A stretch of DNA of 62,966 bases, filler included, from Licmophora abbreviata (Eukaryota): the NCBI GenBank assembly GCA_900291995.1. It is 7 parts of 7 records of this genome, joined end to end, with 100 filler letters (N's around TTAATTAATTAA, not from the genome) between each part and the next. Parts side by side here need not be neighbours in the genome. Positions count along the whole stretch, not along the records: positions 31,956 to 51,760 come from OLMU01002639.1; 6 more parts are not named here. The stretch is one strand, 5' to 3'. Numbering within the stretch: the first letter of the stretch is position 1; each line of letters begins with the position of its first letter. Below are positions 32,165-43,140 of the stretch, piece after piece. The position numbers and the translations under genes are program-made. Below the pieces are notes generated by a model that saw only the letters and a list, made by a program, of their open reading frames with translations, was not told the DNA's origin and made no database searches.

Positions 32165-34436
32165 ATGAAATTTACCGAGGAGCAGTCTGTATCATCCGTT
32201 GAACACGGTGTGACTCGATTGGAAACGCCTTTTTCGGGACATCCGCCTGATGACGGCGACTTGCAGAAAGCTGAAGAAATGGGTTTCGGAGAAGATCCGT
32301 CAGCTTCCGTTGAGTACGGTGTGAGGCGAGAAGACAGTGACACCGAGCTGTCACCCGAACAAGGGACATCAGGGCACAGTGCAGAGATGGTGCCCGTGAT
32401 GATGACAGATGCATCTGAGATTGATACCAAGGCAAAAAGGGAAAGCAGACACAGCGAAGTTCACCAAGCTCTCCGGTGGGGCGGTAGATTCAAGACGTCG
32501 CTACTGGGCAAGTACGATCGTGATGTAACCAAATATACCAACGAGGAACTGGGCGTTCATGGTCTCAAAGAGGCATTCGATGGAACAAATGGATGGGGCC
32601 GGACGTTGCTTTATCTCGTTTGTTTCACTGTGTTCGGATTCTTGTTCCTATGGTTAACGATTCCACTTGTTAGAGAGTATATGGATAGGACCGTCATTAC
32701 ATCGGTAAGCTCGGTTGGGGTGATGAAGGGCGCGCCTCTCCCAATAGTCACCATTTGTCCAATGGGACGAGGCATCACCTGTGACTGCTTGCTTTGGCGT
32801 CGACTGCATTGTCGGTACCTATCTGAGAAGCGAAATTTTTCATGGATGGTTCGTTTCGACAGATGGTCCTGTTGGCCTAACTTTGACTTTGTAGACCTAC
32901 TAGACGGGCAGTTTCCACGGTGGAAAGATGCTCGTTGTGAAGACTTCTTGCCGAACTCGACTGCTGTTCTTGAGGACACTTGCGGTCCCACGGCATCAGA
33001 CAAGCTGAAAATCGAGAATTGGTCGCAATATACCGAAGACAGTCTCTTCAATACGATCGTTCTGAGAGAGTCTCTTCCAGATGGCCCGTTTATAACGAAC
33101 AAAGAGCTGATGATCTACGGTTCCATTAAATTGGAGGAAAAGGTCACATTCTATAGAACATCGGACGTATACGTCGAGTGGATCAAGGATGTAAATAGGA
33201 CTTTGATCGAGAGGGATTATCACGAATGGTCAAGAATGAAGCGCTGTGTACAGCTTCGTATCCCGCCGGACTATGGTCGTCAGCACTTACCAGGATCCAA
33301 CTACGGCATCCTTGCAGTCGTCACCGGAATCCGTGCCACTGACTTTCCTCTCTTAGACATGTCCAGGTATATACAAATTCAAAGCTTATTATGTGCACGC
33401 CGCTCGACTCTCGCTTACTCAAATTTGTCACTCGTGATTGTGATCGATTCGCAGGGCCACAGCGGCCGTTGAAGTAAACACCAACTACGTTCGAGAGAGC
33501 CGTTACAATGACAGTTATTTTCCTGTTGAAGCAAATGACTTCATTACCATCCCTGCTGGAAGCCAGTCTACTCTTGAGTTCGAGCTCGAAGCATTGGTGC
33601 GGAAGCCTGGATGGGGGTCGCCACAATCTAGACAGTGTTCATCCACGCGCTTGCCACGGAGCCTATGCCTGAGACAGTTGCTAGTGGCCAATGCAGCAGT
33701 AAATTGCAACTGCAGTCGCTCTGGACCGAGCATTCCAGGTGGCTCTGGCCTCTCCGCCCTTGACTGTTCCGCGACCGAGGGCACAGTTGAGTACAACTGC
33801 GTGATCCAACACTTACGAAACCTAAGCGTTGCTGGAGTTCCTCTTTCTATTTGTCCAGAACAGTGCGAAAATCTATATATGTACCCGGTCAAACACACCA
33901 CAGTTCCTTTGACGCTGCCCCAGATAGTATACTTGAAGAACATTGAGGTTGCGGCGTTTCGCCAATCATCCCACTACCTGAACCAATACCAGGAGACTCC
34001 GGCAATCCCAGATTGTGGGATTTTGGAGAGCTCAACCCGTTTGACAACATCACGGAGGATTCGACGATTATGCTTCGTGTTGGCTTGGGCAGACTAGGTG
34101 AGCTTTCACTTCTCTCACACATACTCTCGATTCTTGTTGATTATCCGCTACGGCTCTAATAAGTGTCTAACCATTCTTGCTGAATCTTCGCTCCCAGATC
34201 TCAAGGAGCTATCGGAACTCCCAAGTCTTTCCATTGGGGCGCTATTGGGATCAATCGGAGGTAACGCGGGACTCTGGTGCGGGATAAGTTTTTCACTGAT
34301 TGTCGAGATTATTGAATTCGGCTTGATGGGATTTCTCTATGGAAACGGGATTCTACACAGGGGAGGACAAAAGATCGGCAGAAGCCTACGGAGAAGCGTT
34401 CAGTCTACGGGACGAGCGAAGCGCAGCAAGCGGTAG
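32165..34436 (+). CDS. DEG/ENaC/ASIC (amiloride-sensitive sodium channel) family protein with an apparent 1-nt frameshift near 33947-33961
   Basis: Pre-TM1 VHG; TM1 RTLLYLVCFTVFGFLFLWLTIPLVREY; post-TM1 VITSV...PLPIVTICP; Cys-rich thumb (C..CL...CNC...C...C...CPEQCE..Y); TM2 LSIGALLGSIGGNAGLWCGISFSLIVEIIEF with G-x-S filter; GT-AG introns 33367-33454 and 34098-34197. Confidence 0.85.
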
Positions 34437-34474
34437 GCTCAACCACTTCGATTGATAATGCATTCTAGAAGTAC

Positions 34475-35485
34475 CTATGCGTCCTCTAGTCTGTCTTCCA
34501 CTTGATCGATGAACTTCACCAGGATAGGCGCCAGTACCTTGTTGTCGCGATACTTTTCGAGCAACTGCGCAAGATGAATCACTATTTCTTTTCGTTGCGG
34601 CTTTGTGAAATTAGAGTTTTGCACCTCAATTGACTCAGCTTCTATGGAAGGATGTTCCTCCAGTTGTAGTCGCCGTCTCCGTCGGAGACCGTTGTTGTCG
34701 GCGTTTGTCTCTACGACTGCCTTCCACGTACACGGTATCTCCTCTGGTGGAATCGTTGACACGCCCTCGCTTCGACTTAAAAACTCTGCCATACTCGATG
34801 CCAACTTGGGTCCATGCTCATTGCTTAGGAATGCTTCGTATGATATAACGAGTCGATTCAGCGTTGAATATCGATCCATCCAGTACTCCAGGTGCTTTCG
34901 CCATGTCTCAATCTCCTCGGCAAAATACTTGTCTCTCCACGTGATCCACTCCTCTACCGGTGCGCTCACTCCCAAAGGAGACTGCTTGGTCATGGTTGCA
35001 TATATGTGATTGTGATAGGATGGAAGCGCATCCATGGGGTGTCGCAAGAAGATGACAACACGGGGAATCGATTCTGCCCCCGGTACCTCTCGACTGAGCG
35101 ATGCTGGATAGTGCGTCTTGACACCAACTACGTTACGGTGTCCATTGGAAAAGGCATCGTCGCCTGTTATGAGGCCTGTGAGCGCTTGTGTGACCTGCCA
35201 TGACACCCGTGTTCCAGAACCAGGATACGAAGCCAGAAATGTCGGTGTCACCTTGTGCTTTGGTATTTGTGGGTCACTCAGAGGACAGGCTGGAATTTCG
35301 TCTGTCTGTCTCAGATGAGTCGTCGCCTGCGCATTATCACTTATCATAGAAGAGGTATTCCTAGTGATCATCATAGGACTAGTCGGCCCCGTGATGAAGG
35401 ACAGGAACCAAAAGACCACCACGAACACAACGATCGAACCAACCGAGCTCCGAGGCAATCGATCTCGCAATCGACTTGAGTTCAT
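34475..35485 (-). CDS. Sulfotransferase-like type II membrane protein (PAPS-binding P-loop)
   Basis: N-terminal TM anchor; LASYPGSGT (5'-PSB), VKTHYP, LRHPMDALPSY (3'-PB), VISYE. Confidence 0.8.
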   Translation of the reverse strand: MNSSRLRDRLPRSSVGSIVVFVVVFWFLSFITGPTSPMMITRNTSSMISDNAQATTHLRQTDEIPACPLSDPQIPKHKVTPTFLASYPGSGTRVSWQVTQALTGLITGDDAFSNGHRNVVGVKTHYPASLSREVPGAESIPRVVIFLRHPMDALPSYHNHIYATMTKQSPLGVSAPVEEWITWRDKYFAEEIETWRKHLEYWMDRYSTLNRLVISYEAFLSNEHGPKLASSMAEFLSRSEGVSTIPPEEIPCTWKAVVETNADNNGLRRRRRLQLEEHPSIEAESIEVQNSNFTKPQRKEIVIHLAQLLEKYRDNKVLAPILVKFIDQVEDRLEDA

Positions 35486-35861
35486 TTATGACGCTGGGAC
35501 GATCTTTCCGAAAAATGAAACTTTTTGAAAGCTGCGAAGAACTAGAGCGAGCAGTGATGGACAATGCCTCTCTCTGGTGCAACGACGCGGAGTGTGTGTG
35601 TCTCTTGTTCTCTCGTCGCGCCTTGCGTGAAAATGTGAGCTGAAGTGTGCCAAGAGTCATCGTTTCAAATGACTCTACATTTATGGGAGGCAGATTGGAG
35701 TGAGCCTTGGGCCACGTTGATGCGACATTGATGAGACACGACACGGAGCGACGGACAAGAAAACTTGCCGCCAACAAACGTCATCAATGCAGAGCGCGGC
35801 GTGATGTATGATATGTGTGTGTTTTGGCCATGACAAAACCAACACCGGCAACACAGCCACA

Positions 35862-35881
35862 ACACACACACACACACACAC
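35862..35881. repeat. (AC)10 microsatellite
   Basis: AC dinucleotide run in the divergent intergenic region. Confidence 0.9.
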
Positions 35882-36036
35882 CCTGTAGGAAGGGTAGTCT
35901 CGATCGATCTGGCATAACCTTGAATCTACGTACCATCATTCTGCTTCACAGTACCTCTAAAGGAGCGCCAAGCCTTTTTCGCTGGCCTGGAATTCTGCTG
36001 GTCCTCACGATATCGTCGGTGTCGCCAGTCTTCAGC

Positions 36037-36534
36037 ATGAGACTAGTGATACAACGCGTTGCGTCTGCCTCCGTCACAGTCGATGGGAACACGATTTCAT
36101 CGATCGGACCTGGAATACTGGCACTGGTTGGCGTGCACGAGCATGACACCGAACAAGATCTGACCTACTGTTGCAAGCGCCTATTGGCAGCCAAGCTATG
36201 GGAGAATGCCAATGGAGGAATGTGGCGACACGGTGTCAAACAGAAAGACTTTGAAGTCTTATGCGTCAGTCAATTTACTTTGTATGGTACGCTGAGTAAG
36301 AAGAATCAACCCGACTTCAAACTTGCAATGAAGGCATTGCCGGCCGAGCGCATATACAATCAGTTTTTGGAAATGCTTCGAAGGGACTATCAGCCGGACA
36401 GGATCGCGGATGGGAAGTTTGGTGCCATGATGGACGTAGCGCTTGTCAACGATGGACCTGTAACATTGGTGATTGAAAGTGAGCCCCAACGCCTTCAGAG
36501 AATGGCCTTAGTGAGACGAGTGACGGCGAAATAG
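36037..36534 (+). CDS. DTD1: D-aminoacyl-tRNA deacylase
   Basis: MRLVIQRV..ASVTV, LCVSQFTLYG, PDF..AM, G.FGAMMDVALVNDGPVTL (cis Gly-Pro motif). Confidence 0.95.
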   Translation: MRLVIQRVASASVTVDGNTISSIGPGILALVGVHEHDTEQDLTYCCKRLLAAKLWENANGGMWRHGVKQKDFEVLCVSQFTLYGTLSKKNQPDFKLAMKALPAERIYNQFLEMLRRDYQPDRIADGKFGAMMDVALVNDGPVTLVIESEPQRLQRMALVRRVTAK

Positions 36535-36986
36535 GGACTGAGTCATGACGATCTCGGCTGGGGATTCGTAGTTGCTCTATTTCAGATCACGGGAGCCACC
36601 GCGTCGCTCCTAGTCTAACGAGCCGCATGAATACCTTAGTAGATAGCGTCTCCTGTTAGCAGCAGGCGACTTCACGGAGTTCAGTGCACGAGTGAGTCTA
36701 GAGTCTGGCAGTCGGGGCCATCGAGACATTGATCACACCGGGTGAGGGACCTACGGTCAGAAGAGGGAATTTGGAACTTTTCTTGTCACTCAACGTGGAC
36801 CACGAACGAAAGACGCCCTTCCGCACGGCGACAGAGTATGAAATACACGCGAACACACGATGGTACGAATACGACATATTCCGACGGCTCGAGAACTCTC
36901 GTCTGTTTGGACTCATTGGAAACAACACCCCCGCGCTTTTGAACCCCGTCTAGGCTTTTCAGCTCGTACCACGCTCACAATCGAAA

Positions 36987-37858
36987 ATGGGAGACAATTG
37001 GGATGACAGCGACGACGAATGGGATGTCGGTGATGACGACCTCGACGCCCGACTGGGACTCAGCAAGCTATCTACCAACGACGCGACTCCCAATTTTGAC
37101 GACGAGGAAGAGGATCTCACTCTCAAGGAGAAAGAGCTTGCTTCCAAGAAGGATCATGCTGACTTGAAAAAGAAGGGAAACGCTCTGGCTGCCAAGAAGA
37201 AGGCGGAGCAGGAGCGCCTTGACGAGGAGGAACTTGCTCGTAAGACAATGGAACTGGAAGCTCAGATGGAGGCGAAGCTGTCGCCGGATGAACTTCGAAA
37301 GCTCAAGAGACAGCAGATCGAAGACGCTGACAATGCGCTAACAGATGACTTGTTCGGCGGAGTCGACGATGCACCCAAGCGGCAAGCCGTAGCGACAGCA
37401 GCTTCCGACGCCGTCGTGCTCAAGGACCTCAAAGACCACCTCAAGCATGCTAGAAAAGTGGCACAGGCCATCAAGGTGCGTATGGATCAGGCGACGCGTA
37501 ACGTGAAATGGAGAATTTTGACGCGCTCACCCGGCATCTCATCTTATCTCCTCTACCTTAGACACACGGAAAGACACATCTTGCCTCAGCATTTCTCAAG
37601 GAGGCGATCCAAGAATGCAAGGATGTTCTGGATGAAGACGCCATTGCAGAAATTATCAAGACGTGCAATGTGATCAAGAATGAAAAGGTACAGGCTGCGA
37701 AGCGAAAGGTCAAGGGGCAGGCACAGAAGTCTCAGAAGCGTGACAAGGCGGCCGAGGCCAAGGCGAGAAACACACAGGTGGAGTTGTATGGTGACAGCGA
37801 TGCGCAGATCGATCAGTACGACGACTATGGCGCAGACTACGAGGACAGTTTCTTCTAG
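36987..37858 (+). CDS. EIF3J: Eukaryotic translation initiation factor 3 subunit J (2 exons)
   Basis: Acidic Trp N-terminus MGDNWDDSDDEWD; ELRKLKRQQIEDADNALTDDLFGG; intron 37476-37561; C-terminus YDDYGADYEDSFF. Confidence 0.85.
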
Positions 37859-37907
37859 CATGCAGTTCGAATTGTAGGCTCTTCTGAAAGCTCGCTGATA
37901 TTATTAT

Positions 37908-39278
37908 TTACACTTGTGGTTTCCCCCTCGAGAACTGTTGTAAACACGTCGGTACTCTTTCGTCGTCGCCAGGCCACACCAGCCCCCACTCCCGAATGAA
38001 TTGCGGATTCCAAAAGCGACTAACGTGACGCTGCCCGGCATCGCAAATGACAGTAACAACCGTGGAGTTGGGCTTCAATAGGCTAGCCTCGCGAATAGCC
38101 CCAACGACATTCATGGCTGAACTCGACCCCACCCACAGCCCTTCGGTTCGCAACAGCCAATGCGCCATGTCCACAGCCTCTTGATCTTCTACGCGAGTAG
38201 CGTCGTCAATCATGTCGACGCCCAACTTGAAGTTGGCCGTCATGCGGTCCAAGCCAATTCCTTCGGCCAGTGTATCGTAACGATGCCGCTTCAAAACTCG
38301 TTCTCGTTGTTGCGGTGCGTAAGCGACTCCATGGTGGATTCGGTGATACAGGGCGCTTCCGGGAGGATCTATTAGAATCACGCGACACTTGCCTCTGGAT
38401 TGTTCTTTGAGGTACGATGCAACACCAGCAATCGTCCCACCCGTCCCCGACGACATGACAAAAGCATCTAGTTGTGGACACTCTCTCCACACTTCCGGTC
38501 CCGTCGTTTCGTAGTGCACTTGAAAGTTGGCTTCATTCTCGAACTGATCGATAAAGACCGCCGCAATCTGAAACTGCTGACGTGCCGTTGCAGCAATGCG
38601 TCGTGCGATGTTCACATAGTGATTGGGGTTGCTAATGGCAGAGCACGCAACAACGTGCACGATCGCTCCCAGTGCCGTCAGGATCGCTTGTTTTTCGGAT
38701 GCCTGATCGTCTGGGAGGACCACGATACAGGCATGTCCCCGTGCCGCACATAATGTCGCCAAGGAAATACCAGTCGAGCCCGATGTGCCCTCCACCACGA
38801 GTCCGCCTGTACGAGATTGCTGCATGGCATGCCGAAGAAGGGTCTCGAATGGAATGGTTTCTTCCGATGCGGTGCTATTGATTGGCGTGGACGAGCTGGT
38901 AAACACTGGTGGTTGTCCTGATCTACTATCCTTTGAGTGATAAGTCGCAACATCGATGGGTGGAGGCAGTTGATGAGATTCTTCGGCCCTTTGGATCATA
39001 GAGAGGGCTGCGCGGTCCTTGCCCGAGAATCCCGGATTCATACTCTCCATCTTGACGTAAATGGAGCGGCCAATCAAGGATGAGAGTCTTTCCAGCTTGA
39101 TTAGAGGCGTCTTTCCAATCAAAGCTTCATAGACAGAGCAACCTGATGACCGTTGTCGTGCAATATTACGCCTTCGTCGTCGGTACGACAGGTAGGATCG
39201 CAAGGAAAGCGCCGCAGCTGCACCCGCTAGAGCGGATGGAACGACCAACGATAGTGTTCGAAGCGAAACCTGAGTCAT
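37908..39278 (-). CDS. Cysteine synthase-like PLP enzyme (fold type II) with an N-terminal membrane anchor (MCY1/cys12-like)
   Basis: IGKTPL, VKMESMNPGFSGKDRAA (PLP Lys), VEGTSGSTGISLA, DQFEN.AN..HY.TTGPE, SGTGGT, AEGIG, EGL.VGSSS; hydrophobic N-terminus followed by RRRRR. Confidence 0.9.
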   Translation of the reverse strand: MTQVSLRTLSLVVPSALAGAAAALSLRSYLSYRRRRRNIARQRSSGCSVYEALIGKTPLIKLERLSSLIGRSIYVKMESMNPGFSGKDRAALSMIQRAEESHQLPPPIDVATYHSKDSRSGQPPVFTSSSTPINSTASEETIPFETLLRHAMQQSRTGGLVVEGTSGSTGISLATLCAARGHACIVVLPDDQASEKQAILTALGAIVHVVACSAISNPNHYVNIARRIAATARQQFQIAAVFIDQFENEANFQVHYETTGPEVWRECPQLDAFVMSSGTGGTIAGVASYLKEQSRGKCRVILIDPPGSALYHRIHHGVAYAPQQRERVLKRHRYDTLAEGIGLDRMTANFKLGVDMIDDATRVEDQEAVDMAHWLLRTEGLWVGSSSAMNVVGAIREASLLKPNSTVVTVICDAGQRHVSRFWNPQFIREWGLVWPGDDERVPTCLQQFSRGKPQV

Positions 39279-39650
39279 GCTACGATGGATTCTATAGCCT
39301 TTCAATTCCTAGTTTTTCGCCTACACAGTGAGATCGACGTGGCTTTGTTCGTATTAATGGCGCTGTTGAGGATGCTCTGCGCCGAATGCCTGAAGTTCGG
39401 ATCAACACACCGCCGGCCCTCATCTCGTCCTCATCCCGGCGTTGAAGTGAGATTTTCTGTTAGGCCAGATTTTGGCGCGCCGATAACAGACACACAGATG
39501 GCTGTGGGTTCTGAGCCTTTTTGAGTTCCCAAAAATGAAAAACTGCCCGCGTTGGGACGATGATGTGATCTCGATGGTAATGCTCATCAGCCGGCGTCTT
39601 CCCTCCTCTCGTCCAGGTCAATCTATATCGAACAGCCTTGGAGCAAGAGA

Positions 39651-40544
39651 ATGAGCACCTCTCAAGACAAAAGGTTTCTAGTAGATGAAATTCGTCGAGA
39701 AAATGAAGCGAAATGGAAGACACTTACCGCACTGCATTCTGATGATGCTTCTCATCGCATACAACAAGACGCCGCCAATGACACACTGAATGATATTGCG
39801 CCAATTCATCCGTCGGCCTCGACTGCAGAAACTGCAATAGAGACGTTTAGAGCAGCTCTGCAGGTAGAGCTGGATCTTTTACACTCGGCGCAATGGAAAG
39901 CGCCGAATCATCCAACACAAGCGCAGGACTACATGAGAGAGATTGTAGACTCCTACGAGGAACTGCGGCAGACGCATGCTGTACTGGAACAGCGTTGTCT
40001 ACTAGAATCTCGGAAACTGGAGCGTTTGAAAACTATACTCGTGAATCATCGTCAGCAGCAACAACGATTACAGTCGTTGCGTTCGTCTTTGCAAGATGGC
40101 TCCGCGGCAGCACCCATCGGTGCATCACAGGGCGACACTGGTGACGACGCTGAGAATGACTGGATACGGTCAGAACTACAGTACATTGTTTCGCAGATAC
40201 TTGTTCGCGATAGAAAAGACAGAGTGGAGAAGAACCAGGAGTCTAATGAGAAAGAAAACCCTTGGAACCTGTCCAGGGGTCATGCCGCGAATGATCAGAA
40301 GGATCGGCCGTCGAAGAGACCACGTCGAGATCAAGAAGAGAACATTGAGGGATGGGCAATGAATCGGCTTATTCTGGAACTGGTCAAGCTATTTCTCAGT
40401 TCGCCTGCCGATCCATATCTTCGCTTGGATAGTCCTACTGTCATGGCGGACCCAACCGATATGGAGTTGCTCCGCCAAAGCGGCGTGGTTGAGACTCATC
40501 CGGAGAACAACAAGCTTGCTAGGCTGTCCGATTACTCTAGTTGA
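39651..40544 (+). CDS. CENPK: Probable centromere protein K (CENP-K) homologue
   Basis: N-terminal coiled coil; C-terminal LELVKLFLSSPADPYLRL...ELLRQSGVVETHPENNKLARL matches the CENP-K pattern DPY...ELL..G....HPE....RL as I recall it. Confidence 0.65.
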   Translation: MSTSQDKRFLVDEIRRENEAKWKTLTALHSDDASHRIQQDAANDTLNDIAPIHPSASTAETAIETFRAALQVELDLLHSAQWKAPNHPTQAQDYMREIVDSYEELRQTHAVLEQRCLLESRKLERLKTILVNHRQQQQRLQSLRSSLQDGSAAAPIGASQGDTGDDAENDWIRSELQYIVSQILVRDRKDRVEKNQESNEKENPWNLSRGHAANDQKDRPSKRPRRDQEENIEGWAMNRLILELVKLFLSSPADPYLRLDSPTVMADPTDMELLRQSGVVETHPENNKLARLSDYSS

Positions 40545-40661
40545 CGTCAGTTCGACTTGGTCTATTAAAAGTCTCCCAGAAGTCGCCGTATGAGATGCCT
40601 CATTAGAAAGCACTTTATGCCAATAGGTACTCGCCTAGAGTTCTACTTAGATCTCTACCGC

Positions 40662-42828
40662 TTACAACAGACGTCGTCTTGCCTCATTCACCTCCGTGAC
40701 ACGCACGGATTCCTGAAGCCTTGACTTGGCGTCTCGCAAAAGCTCCACAAGCTCATTTAACTCTTGGGCTCGCGAAGCCACCTTGTGGTACTCGCTCTCT
40801 CCCGCCGCCGCCGATGACACCTGCACCGCAATTTCATCAATATCAGCCGCCGTTTCGAATCCATTCTTGGAGTGAGCGGCTTCTCGCTTCTTCAAACGAC
40901 GCTTCTCGGCCCTTGATCTCATAAACATGATATGCTGGATACACTTGTGGCAGAGAAAATCGTCCTCCGGTTCTGGATACTTGACGGTGTGCTTCTGGCG
41001 GATACATGGAAGGTGAACGGCGTTGGAACAAAAGTCACAACAGAAAAGAGTGCCGCCTTCCTTGCAGATCACGCATTCATCAACGTGCTCTCCTTGATAT
41101 CGCGTGATCGATGGAAACCTACCAGCATCGATTTCATCTGCAAGTACACGCACGTCAATGATCGGTGGAAGGGGCTTGGGTGGTGGCATTTCGGGGGGAG
41201 CCGTCTTTCTGCGTTTTCGTCGCTTCTTTGCTAGGGGCTCTTTCTTGGCGCGCCGCTTTCCTCGCTCCTGGAATCCGAGGCTCTCAAAGACGGAAGGATA
41301 CATGGCACCATTCAATCGATTTCTCTCCTTCATAAGCTGGGTTCGCAAGTCGTGCAGAATCACGTCGGGATTGGGAATGTCGCTCACGTCGCTATCCGAA
41401 TCGTCGTCTGAAGGTTCCACGACCTCTCTTGGAATGGCGCCGGGCAATAGGAAACCCAGTGACGACCAAACATGTGGATAACATGTGAGTCTCTGCAATG
41501 GCCCTCTCTTGCCGCTGACTTCCTGCGATCGCGTCAAGAGCGAATCGACTCGATCTTCAATGTCCTTGTGGATCTGGAGTGACTGCTCCCCTTGCGCTGC
41601 CTTCTTTTTGACACAAACCTGACCTTGAGCGTGGTATGCATATCCAGGTCGAGATGAAAACTTCCGTCCGCATTCGGCGCAGACGAATTGGTCGATCGAC
41701 TCGACGTACTCTTCCGTCAGCAATCGCCGCTGAAGAAGCAACTTCATGCTGCAAGGAGCCGAGTTCGGTTTGGATACAGGCAGCGATGCACTGCTGATTT
41801 CTGACTTGTCATCATCACTGTTATTATTGTCACAATCCTCAGCCTCTCTGCCTACGAGGTCCACGTGCACGTCTCGCTCGTCTGGGACAAGCAAACACTC
41901 CACAATGCGGTCCGGATGGGACTCTATCGGACAGAGGGGATCTTGCGACGGCGGCTTTGGGGCAGAGAGCACTCGCCCTTCAGAAGCTTTGGTTCTTGGA
42001 TCTCCTTCAAAGTAAACATCAAAAACAGTTGCCTGCTTGACTTCACCCCGCTGATACAACTCCCCAAGTTGGCGACGACGAGAACGGTTCCGTACCGAGA
42101 GCGTAGTCCACTTTCGTCTCTGTCGCGCTTCCACTTTGTGTCTGGCACTTTTGAAATTCTTGGCCAGCTGACTGGCATTGGATGGGCGCTGTGCAGTGGA
42201 CTTCGCGCGTGTGTCTGACACCACTTCGACGACGCCAAAGGGCGTGACAAACTTCGATCCGGGCTTTAGCGTGTCAAATATGGTAGCATTGGCAGAAGGT
42301 CCCCTCTTGCTGCCGCGTTGGCGCTGTGAAGCATCGCCTCGACATACATTGTGGTCTACCGGAAGCCAAACAAACAAAGAAAGATCAGAGAGACTGCACA
42401 CATACTCTTTCTCAACAATGAATTCGGATCCACATCATAGATACACTACACTCACCGACATGATAATCCCTCCCCATTATCGACGTGAACAATCGCTTGC
42501 AATGCGGGCACGTGCGACTTTTGACAGAGCCACGATCACGACCACCAGATGCCTTTTTCCTTCCCTTTCGTTTCTTGGGAGCTCTTTCAGGAGGTTTCTT
42601 CGCGGCTTTGTCATTGTCCGTCGTAGCTGCCGCCTTGCTGCCACTAGCAGCACGACCTCGACGACGCTTTTTTGAGGGAGTCGTCGTTGTTTTATCGGGG
42701 ATCACTTTCACATAGTCTTCGCTGTAATCCACTTTCTTTCTCTTGCGCGTTGATTTCCTTCGTGGCAACAAAGGAGACTCCGGCGGCTCCTCTTCGTTGC
42801 CACTGCCATTGTCCGACGACGCCATCAT
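40662..42828 (-). CDS. Nuclear protein with two C2H2-like zinc fingers and a PHD finger (2 exons)
   Basis: CPHCKRLFTS..GRDYHV|DHNVC across intron 42455-42356; CAECGRKFSS..GYAYHA..VC; PHD CVICKEGGTLFCCDFCSNAVHLPC...FLCHKC; many basic NLS clusters. Confidence 0.85.
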
Positions 42829-43140
42829 GGTGGATGTGTTCAGAATTTTGGCAAAAAAAACAGGATGGGGTGCGAATTTCAGTGCGAGCTCGATAAAACG
42901 AGAGCTCGAATATCGTTTCGCTTCGCTCCACGCGGAGCCAACATGTTGACGTTGACCTCCGTACAAAACGAGCGTACGAGCTAGTCGAAGAGGTCAACTC
43001 ATCAAGAACCCGGAAGTTGAACTTTTTCACAACCGCAAAAGATTTTGCGCCGACATCGGCCGGTAGATCGCATCACCTTGTTTCGCCGGCGTCACTCTTC
43101 CGTGTTGTTGTCGAGTACCAAACATACATCTAAGAGAAAC

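Noticed and set aside
36478..36548. Possible alternative C-terminus of DTD via a GTGAG donor or a C4-run indel (another frame reads PTPSENGLSETSDGEIGTES*)
   Set aside because: It lies after the conserved domain end and cannot be resolved without transcripts.
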